Part shown: one piece after another, positions 54,100-64,000 of the stretch | How the letters are laid out: each line of letters begins with the position of its first letter | How positions within the stretch are numbered: position 1 is the first letter of the stretch | Source: Eledone cirrhosa | Taxonomy: Eukaryota | Length of the DNA: 64,000 nt | Direction of reading: 5' to 3' | NCBI GenBank assembly: GCA_964016885.1 | Contig: OZ024743.1 | Location: forward strand, 144,832,001-144,896,000 | Made by a program: the position numbers and the translations under genes | Notes under the pieces: model-generated | What the model was told of the DNA's origin: nothing | What the model saw: the letters and a program-made list of their open reading frames with translations, nothing else | Database searches by the model: none

Positions 54100-56352
54100 A
54101 AAAAAAACTTTCTCTGAAATATTTCATGTGTAAAGTTGATGGTGCTGCTGTGTTGTAAGGGGAATGTAGTGATTGGCTATTTTCAAAGCTGAAAGCGTTG
54201 GATGTGAAATAGACCGCAGGCAGACGAGACGGTGTTGGCTTAGAGAAGACTCTCGATCCTCTTACAGATTGAACTGCATTTGATGCAGTCACATTTCGTT
54301 GGTAACCTGTATACTGGGTGAAAGTGAAACCATTGTCAACCCAGATGACCAGAACTGACTCGAGTTTCAACCATACGTCAGTTTCCGATGATTTATGGAG
54401 AATCTCGTGGATGAAGGCGCAGCTGAGGGTGAAAGATGAAAAGTAGACTGACAGTGTCATGTCAGATATTGACAAAGGTTAAGGTCACCGAACCTCACGA
54501 GGAGTTTTGTTTGTTGTCAGGCTGTGTCGTCGAAATTGACATTGCAAGTGAATTCGTTGTAACGTTGAATGTTGGCGCCAATTTCACGGAGGTATCCCGC
54601 GTGGGGATGACATGGCATACTGCGTAGCGAAAAGAGAAGTTTGGAGAGAGTGAAGTATTTCTTCGGGAGCGGGGAGCGTGTGATGCGATTCAATGAGGGG
54701 CATTCTGTCCGTCATCCTTGCAAGGTTAACACGTTTGTCCTCTAGGAATTCTCGCATTATTTTCAAGAGAATTGGAGAGCCAAGAATGTAGGCATTGTCC
54801 TTCGTCAGAACAGACTGAATGATGTGTACAGTGTAATCATATTGAGTTTCGTCATATTTATTACCTCTGACTTGGACGAGTTAATTTAAATACTGATAGG
54901 GTTGGGATAATGTTCTGAATGTCAACACCGAGTGACTCAACAAAGCTATCTAGTGTCGAATCATCCGGGTACCAGACATTGAATTATAAACTGTTTGAGC
55001 TGACAATGTCGTCGGCTCCCAACGCCAAGACGAGAAGACCGAATAAGTTAATTTGCTGGACACCTCTGGTGAATATAATGTTACTGTCAGTAAAGATGAA
55101 CATACTGGGTGTCCTGTAAGAGAATTGTGCCAGGAGTATAGAAGGGTCCTGTCTCCGGCACATCTCTAGGATCTGATCTCGCCTAACGCTATTAAATGTG
55201 TTTCGCGCGTCCAACTTTACCCGGAGGTGAGGTGACGATGGGAGTGCTTGCCTAATAGAATGCATGAGAAGCTGCCTCACACTCGCATTTAACTCGTACT
55301 CCGAGTTGAAAAAGGTACAGTTCCTTGCTGAGTTTCTCCACAACAGACTTGCAGGGTATCCTGGTCGCAAGTCGCTGAAAGATGTTATGCACTGCGATAG
55401 ACCGGATACCTCCAGCATTTTTTTCAACACTGCTAGGCTGGCTAAGATGAAAAGATCGCAGCCAAGACAGGAAAATCGCGGAAGGCTTCCTTAGTAGTAA
55501 TCAACCGAAGCAGATGTACTCCGACCTCAGTGGAGTGTGGCGGATTTAGGTCACTGGGCTAGCTGCTCACTACATGGGAAGGATACAAATATACATGACG
55601 GGTAGATATCTGGATGTCTTTGATATCTGGATGATTCAAACGGAAAGTAGTTAAGACTTCTGGTGTAGATCAGAAGACCGTGTCGTTCGAAACCAGCACA
55701 TACAACGTGACAGAAACGTTACTTTTAATTAATTTTCAATTGATTCCATTGCAAAAATGTTTTGCATCATCTCAAGGATAAAGAGTGTCGAGTGTCGGTG
55801 CAGTCGGGTTGCTGGAAAAAACAAGCTTGTTGAAGATGGGTGGAAGAAGGAAGCAAGGGAGGAGACCGAGTCCTTCTTATCCATCGCGTCTTTGTGTTGA
55901 GTGTCGATCCGTTCTCTGTTCAATGTTTGATACTCTGACGACGCGACACTGGGGTCACTCGTTGACTACATCCAGAACAGCATCCCAACTCCTTATTAAC
56001 AAGAAAGAGAATATCAGGAAGGTCTGGTGGTCATAGAGAAAATACGACAAATGACTACATATATAAATATATGTAGTCAACCCCCAAAACTCTTTCCGAA
56101 CTATATAGGGAACACTTGTGATTATTTATGCCCTTGAGAAGCCCAACTGGGCGAAACGTACGTAGGTGATATTTTAAATAAACATGATTTAACGGTCTAT
56201 TCTCCGAATTTTTACTTTCCCACGTGCTTACGCTCTGCTACGAATATTTAATACTGCCGGCATTAGTATCGAGCACCTTTGGCATACGCTACTTGGCAAA
56301 TAACTATATGTATCACCTATCCCTCCTTTTTCTCTCTTTCTCGATACGTAAA

Positions 56353-56391
<39 letters not shown>

Positions 56392-56626
56392 TATGTACAC
56401 GTACATACATATATGTATACAGACGTACAGTAGTATGTATATGTAGATACATACATGCACACATATATATATGTACATATGGATTCACCGAACATTTATT
56501 ATAATGCTCGGTGTGTTTGTAAACAAACATCCCGTATTAAGCCGTAGTGTCCAGTACGTGTACATACTTATATTTAAGTAACAGCCGTACTAAGAGTGGG
56601 AAATGAAATTTCGTTTCATTTTTTCC

Positions 56627-56698
<72 letters not shown>

Positions 56699-57260
56699 CT
56701 TCAGTATTAGTGTGAGTGTGTGTCTGTGAAATAGATACTTATACACTAGCTCCGAACACAAAGGAACCAAACTCGCAGTCACTACCCCCGTCTCTCCCGC
56801 TCTCACCACCTCTCACTATTATGAGCAAATGGGGGCCCACGCATTGGGCGCCCCGTGCCCCCGGCAGGCAGAATAGAGAAGGCGTTTTCCCAGAGGATGG
56901 TGAGGGAAATGCGCCGGAAGAGCCAATCAGCTCGCGCGGCTCTCACCTGCGATGGTAGTGAGTAGGGAGGTGGCCGTAGGGCCAAGGACATCAGAAGTTT
57001 CCACATCGATAGTGCGAAAGTTGCAAAACAGAATAGGCAGTTCCAATCTCGCAGACTATTGGTGTTAAGTGCCTGGTCGATGTTATTAGATAGTGCTTCA
57101 GCTGCGCGAGTACGAGCAGCTTTCGGGATCCTAATGATCATACACTGTCTAAAGTGGTAGATTACTGTCAAAACTTCACTTGGATCAAGCGGAGTCAAGT
57201 CACTAGCAGGCACAGTGCCACCCGTTCAAGGATTCCGACGCAGTTAGTTTGACGCAAAAA
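54100..57260 (-). mobile_element. Decayed CRE-like (restriction-like-endonuclease group) non-LTR retrotransposon, interrupted at about 56040-56760
   Basis: IRIPKAARTRAAEALS (57100-57140), VKLDARNTFNSVRRDQIL, SYRTPSMFIF, RGVQQINLFGLLVLAL, NVWYPDDSTL. Clade call is from recalled motif similarity. Confidence 0.72.
56131..56168 (+). ncRNA. Hammerhead motif, U3:A8 variant (weak stem I)
   Basis: cc TTGAGAA gccc-aact-gggc GAAA cgtacg TA gg; palindromic ACGTACGT. Confidence 0.75.
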
Positions 57261-57637
57261 CGATGGAACATTTCCTTTCTTTCTTCGACTTATTGTGAGT
57301 GGCATTGATCGACATTCTGCGATGTGAAAGACTGAGGAATTGGAGAGTCTGATAGAGCACTGGACATCATTAGAACTGAGTGGCGTGATGTGGTTGGATG
57401 GAATCTGTTTAACCTTCTTTCCAGACTAAGTTTGGGAAAACACAAGAATAATTAATGTAAAAAAAATGATAAAATGTGAGGATAAAAAAGCTTACATAGA
57501 TATAGCAATTCTGGTTTATACATCTAATTAGATGCTTACACTGTTTTGTATGGGTGATAGTTGTGATGTTTGTGTTGTTATTTGTGTTGATGTCAGTTTA
57601 AGGAAAATTTAGGCGGCAATAAGTTTTATATATGATT

Positions 57638-57800
57638 GTCGGACGCCATGCTTTCCAGCATAGTTACGTCCCTTTACGATCTGAGTTCAAATCCCGCCGA
57701 GGTTGACTTTGCCTTTCATCCTTACGTGGTCGATAAAATAAAGTACCAGTAATGCACTGGGTAATTGCTGGCCTTGTGCCTAAAGTAGAAACAATTATTA
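57638..57800 (+). mobile_element. SINE (5'-truncated)
   Basis: Nearly identical to 14502-14670. Confidence 0.9.
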
Positions 57801-60557
57801 TTACTTTTTTTTTACTGAGGATAAACCTCTTTGAATGAGTTTCATCGCTGATTAGGAAATAAAGTCTTAAGTTTGAAAGACAAAAATCTGTTTTTCTTTC
57901 TAATTTCTCAATAAAATATTATGCATTACTTTTCTAATGGAACAAATTTCAGTTTTCAAAACTTAATCAGCGCCATTCCAACTATACTTTTCTTTCTTTT
58001 TTATTTTTTTGCTGGGGGTTGTCCTTATCAACGATCTTTTATACTTCGATAAACTATTTGAAATATATAGAAGGTATACAATATTAATAATACTGTTTAA
58101 GTATAAAATATATAATTGCATAACATATATATTCAAGGATAACATTATTCGAGCCAATTTAGAGTGGCTCCGCCATATTGTTCTTGTAAAGGTGACAAAA
58201 CCAAAAATCCTGCTTGTAATTCTCACACGAAGCATCTGCGATACCGTGCATTGCCAGAAGTTGTGTTTTATAGTTTCACCAAGCTGAAACCAGGTTTCAA
58301 CAGTCGCAGACATACATAAGTTTTCAAAATTAAACTGAAAAGTTTTTAGCACATAGAAAACATCTTTTAAAATCCCCTGAGTGCATAAAAAAGCGTTTGT
58401 GAACTATTTTCTGTTTAAAATATTGAAATAAATTAGAATTATCAAGAATATAAAACGACCGCAGTTGAAAGGTATATACAAATACACATCTACCCCTTAG
58501 CCGTCATTTTTGACGACACGGGGCCAGCTAGTGTATTATAAGAGTAATCTTTCTTGTTTTGTCATATTGTATCATAGTATGTACCCGTCACTCCTAGTGT
58601 AGTCGTGGGGCCGCCGTAATGATATTCGTCCTTTCCTGGGCATTTAAACCTGGTGGAGCCCGTCCCCTCCAGTTTTGAACATAGCCGATTTCTTTCAGAG
58701 GAGCGAGAGGGAGGGGAAAGGAAAACTTGACCCCAGTACTGGATTAGTACTTTTTTTATCGACCTCGAACACATGAAAGGCTAAGTTGTTTGTCGTATTA
58801 TGATAGCCAAATAGGATGCAAACATATTGAAAGGCACACACACTCGTTAAAATAAAATTGAGGAAACAGGAGAAGCCTATGGAAGACCTTGAAGAGTGTT
58901 ATCGTTATTAAAAATTCATCATGTATAAGTGAAAAAACTAGCAGCCCAATTACGAATTGTGGATGTTATAAAGGTTCAATTCTTTAATTAGAATGCCATG
59001 AATATCATCTGAGACCAAACTGGCTGACTATTGTCATTTTTTAGATTTTATTTTTTTATGAATGTGATTATTCCACGTACATATTTTCAGTATTTTATTC
59101 ATTCGAAATCCGAACTAAAATTTAAAGAAAACATTCTTTATATAATTTTTTCCAATATTTTAGTCAGATTAATTAGTAGAGCGATAGGTTAATATGATTC
59201 TGTTGTAGGGTGGTTATCTTTATTTGGCTTTGGGATTAGTAATTTAAAACTTCCATATATCTGGATGCTGTTGAAATTGAGATATATTATTAAATAAACT
59301 TAGTACAATATCTTATATTACACTACAGGTTTTATTAACGATTAAATTTGACATTGCATCTGGAAGTGCTCACAGGCTCTCCTTTTAATTCATCTTTATC
59401 AAAAATAATTTCTAGTTAGTTTTACATGTCTTAGATTTTTCTAACGATTGGATTATTACGCTTTTCAATTTTCCATTCTTTGCCCCATAGTAACCTTATA
59501 ATTGTTATCTTTGATTTTTATTCAGATTGGGATTAGAAATTGATACGCTTTCATTAATTGTGTTTTGAATTTTGTCAATAAATTTTTTAGTTCTTATTTT
59601 GATTGGATATAGTTAAATCAAAATTAAAATTTGTTATTTTAAAATTGAAATACCTTATGTAACTTAAAACTTGCAAAAGTGATAGTTTTGTCGCCCTATC
59701 ATATAAAGACTCTGGTTTCTATTCCGTTATTAGTATACAAGTTGTATGCCAATTCTCATTGGGATAATTGATTTTGTTTTAATCAAGTCCCATTGGACTA
59801 ATATAGCTGTAAGTGAATGAAGCTCTGTATAACTAGGAAGTATTCAGCTAATAATTTCATGTCTAGAGCTTGAAGGAAGATGGACCTTAATGAGGTGGCT
59901 TCCCAAGATGCACTACAAAGAAATATAATGTAATGGTTATAAAAAAAATAATAGTTAAGTAGCTGGTAACATACTTAAGGTAGTGAGAATAAAATATTTA
60001 GGTAATTAAAAATTTACTCGTATTGAGGAGAAACAATATCCCATTAGTTAATTCTGCTCAAGAGAAACAGGGAGACAACTCCAAAATATATATTTATTGA
60101 AAATGGTAGCTTTCAGCGGAAATTGAGTCTGTGGCTCAAATTGTTGTTTTTTTATAAGTGTAATTTGGTTGGTTGATGACTGTCACGTGAATGAGTACAT
60201 CAACTTTCGCGCCATTTTTAAAGGCAAATACAATAAGAACTTTGTAACGCGAACTGGCACGAAATTTATTATACTTATTCATATGACAGTCATCAACCAG
60301 CCAAATTATTTTTTAAAAAAACCCAGCAACTTAACCCCCCCCCCCCAGCAATTCGAGCCACTCTTTCCACATAAAACAGAAATAACTTTCGAACACCAAC
60401 CAGATGCGAAAAAAACCCACAAACCCTCCATCTCAATTGTACTTTTGAAAAGCATAAGAACTGACAAACCGGTAAAGGAAACAAATAAATATTCTTAAAA
60501 ACACTCCAGATGCATTTTCGCTTTCTTTTCTTTATAAATATATATATATACGAGTGC

Positions 60558-60598
<41 letters not shown>

Positions 60599-60599
60599 C

Positions 60600-60717
<118 letters not shown>

Positions 60718-61165
60718 AAGGTAACAAACGGAAGAAAATGTGCTCAATACCGGAGGTAGAATACAAGTAATCTAATTCAATTATCCGGACACAAAACTGG
60801 CTGATCACCCTTGAATCCTCAGTCATCCATTTGTGTGAAAATCATGGGGCAACAAATCATATGACGGGTTGTGCATACATTTCTCTTGACCAACACAGAT
60901 CTCGCGTTGGTTTCGTGTTAATATGGAACAACTGATGTCCTTAATATAACATTTTATAATTAAGGACAACAGGAATCGGTTTGAAATTCCAATACCGTTA
61001 CTGAATACGACGGATACATAAAGAGGCCTACTGGGTACAACGACCAAAACACTTATGACAAATGTATATATAGATATATATACTCACATACACGCATATG
61101 AGGGACTAATTTTATAATATGTAACCCATGTGCAACCACGCAGTATTCCTCTTTCATCCCATGTT

Positions 61166-61238
<73 letters not shown>

Positions 61239-62119
61239 TTTGTGCTGTGACGGCGATGAATTTGTTTTGCAAGGTTTGTGATATGAAATCGTTTGTTGAA
61301 ACAAATATTGTTATAGTATTGCCAAAAATATATAATAAAACACATTCACTGTTTGGTTTGGGTTGGTATTCGCTTCCGTATATTTTATATCCGTATAGTT
61401 AATTTATCTGGCAATCAATGTTTATCATTGATTGACCAACAGTTAAAATATAGATATAAATATATATATAGTCTAACAAAGCTCTATCATTGAAAAAATA
61501 GAATAGGCATTACAATACAACGAGAGGAAACATAATAGTACCACTGATGATGTCACAGGTGTGTGATGAAAGAAGTTTGATAGACTATATATATATATTT
61601 ATATCATTATAAGAAAGCGATTGAAATATATTCATAAGTTTGCACTAAGACATATCAAAACTTAGAACTAGAGACAATCTACACTGAAAGTAAGACTACA
61701 TAATTCGTTGAGTATCTTATTAAATTTAATAAAATGTTTAAAACAAAATACCTGATAACGATCAAATATATTTCCCTCATATGTATTCTCCACAAAATCA
61801 GAACACATTTCACCAAATAACGACGAAATTAGATATTTTAAAACTAGATATTTCATCAGTGAAATTAGATATTTCATCAGTGAGAGAATTTCAAAATCAT
61901 CTAATCTCACTCTCAATCAACACATGAATTTTAGCACTCATGACACCCTTTACTTTGAAAGTAATAGTAATAATATGTTTGATCCTTATGTGGTGAGCTG
62001 TTTATTGTCGAAAGATCGGACTGCTATTTCTAGCGAACGAGAACCCTTCATGTCGTTGCGAGTGCTAAAATTCATGTGTTGATACCATGTGCGTTTAGCC
62101 ACTTTCAACCCTGCATAGA

Positions 62120-64000
62120 GTGAGATTAGATGATTTTGAAATTCCCCCACTGACACACTTACAGACACACTTACAGACACATCTACAGACACAGACCCCT
62201 CATCTACCAGTAGTGAAGATGAGGGAAAACCAAAATCCCTCAAAATACAAAAAAGGAAACACAAAAAGAATAAAAAACTCAACAAAGCACAAAATCACCC
62301 ACCATAAAAAACGCAGACACTACCCACGCAAACATCTCTCCAATAACACCAACATCAACACCACCATCACCATCACTAGAATCCCCCAAACGCAAACAAC
62401 CTAAACAGATGCAAGAACAAATATACACACAAACATCTGAAACCACAGACACCGCACTCACAACAAACACAGACACAACCGAAACAACACCACCAAAACC
62501 ATCACCACCACAGCCACGCAAACAAATAAAATCACACCAACAAAACATACAAAACTTCGTGCTCGTCAGGAGGGCCAACAAGGAACTGATGGCCCTCGTA
62601 GCACGAAGTGAAAATATACAAAAAGAGGGGGAAATTTTTAAATCGAGCACATTTCGCGTGCCGGAAGATTTGGTTCTGGTGCGAATGTCGATCGATGTAT
62701 ATAAAGAAATACGAAACAGCTTTCCTCGGGACGTGGGAACCCCGAATGTAAAACCAACTTCAAGACTTTTAAAGGGGTTCCCAAAAGAAACCCCACCAAC
62801 TACGGAGGTCGAACATCCCGACCTTCACAAGAGCCCGGAAGGTAAGTAAACCTTTCCTCTCTCTCTCTTTAACCTGCCAACATGGCCGTATTAAGAGTAG
62901 GATGTTTAAATGTTCGAGGCCTGGGATCGTCCTGGAAGCAGGGTCACCTGCTCAATGACCTCAGGTCTCTAGAAATGGATGTAATTGCAGTCAGCGAGAC
63001 CAGGATTTCCGACACGCACGCACTAGCCCCCATTTTCGACGACTATCAGATCTTTGCATCTGTTAGCCGGCCGGGAATGGGAGGCGGGGTGGCAGTGCTG
63101 TTTAGGAAAGGCCTGGATCTCGAGGTAAGGTCGATCTTCCGGGACCCGGACGGGAAGTTGGTGGTCCTGGACGTGAACAATAACGAAGGTGGTGCCTTTA
63201 GACTGGTGCCGTCTATGCTCCTACTGAGGCAGGACGGCTGGACTTCTTTAGACGCCTAGAAGCCTTTCTGGGTACGTCTCGCCCTTCACTGTTAGCGCGG
63301 GACTGGAACGGCATCTTAGACGCACGCTGGGACTGTGTGGGAGTATCCGATAGGAGCGGGGGCTGCAAAAGCCTCAAGAACCTGATCAGCCAGTTCCAAC
63401 TGTCTGACAGGTACCGACTAGATTTCCCTAATGCGCCAATGTGGACCTGGGCTAACCGCATAGGGTCATCTAAGACAGGATATTCATTAGGAAAATAGAC
63501 AGAAATAGTGTAAGCTGTCTACGTTTTGAAACGGTCGCCTATTCAGATCACAAGTTTGTGATATGTATGGTCGACCTAGATAAGACGCGTAGGTTAGGAC
63601 CTGGTTACTGGAAGCTAAACATATCATTTACGGCACGTAAGGCTTACAGGGACCAGGTTAACAATTTAGTTAAGAAAAAGTTGACAGGGGGAGTCGTCAA
63701 CAATAGATGGTGGGGGGCTCTCAAAAGAGAGATTAGAGTAATGTCGATAGAGTTTAGCAAAGAAGTAGCGTTAGAGAAAAATAGAAAGGAGGGGGAGTTG
63801 GTAGATAAGTTAGACGAGGCTATAATCAGGATTGGTGGGGTACCTGAGCGAACCCTAGGTGGTCATCCCCCCCCCCCTATTGGGGAATTTTTTCTTGTAA
63901 TTTTATTGTTACTTTATTGTTACTTTGTTATTGTTACTTTGTTATTGTTATTCATGTTGTTTACTCGATTTTTCTGTAAAACCCCACTGTCCCAGTCTTT
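62120..64000 (+). mobile_element. L1/Tx1-clade LINE 5' part: putative ORF1 remnant and frameshifted ORF2 APE endonuclease (from 62882), joined to a 3'-UTR-like tail
   Basis: LRVGCLNVRGL, DVIAVSETR, GGGVAVLF, VYAP, DWNG, WTW, SDHK, GPGYWKLN. Coding similarity stops near 63830. Confidence 0.88.

Noticed and set aside
58495-58532. Second Helitron-like 3' end (cgtc..gacg hairpin, CTAGT)
   Set aside because: Hairpin is short and no matching 5' end or second copy is visible.

Overview
Gene-free, repeat-saturated animal DNA with a 200-N gap at 45661-45860. An octopus/cephalopod origin is inferred from the SINE family and the dense (TA)n/(CA)n tracts, not proven. No host gene is supported. The window is dominated by Penelope-like retroelements (PLEs): decayed Neptune-type copies, one nearly intact Hydra-clade-like RT + GIY-YIG ORF (11250-13172), and two decayed relatives of it. 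It also holds Tx1/L1 LINE pieces, a decayed CRE-like element, mariner and pogo remnants, Helitron-like ends and many tRNA-head SINEs. Main result: I read about 25 hammerhead-ribozyme (HHR) motifs from more than a dozen sequence families, several with the compensatory U3:A8 core. They lie in PLE pseudo-LTRs and in non-coding, terminally redundant units of about 338, 438, 884 and 1920 nt (retrozyme-like). Almost all are inserted in (TA)n, many as fold-backs with two fixed ends. The 1920-nt unit carries two copies of an unassigned, covarying three-way-junction RNA motif. All folding was done by eye; element boundaries may be off by a few to tens of bases.
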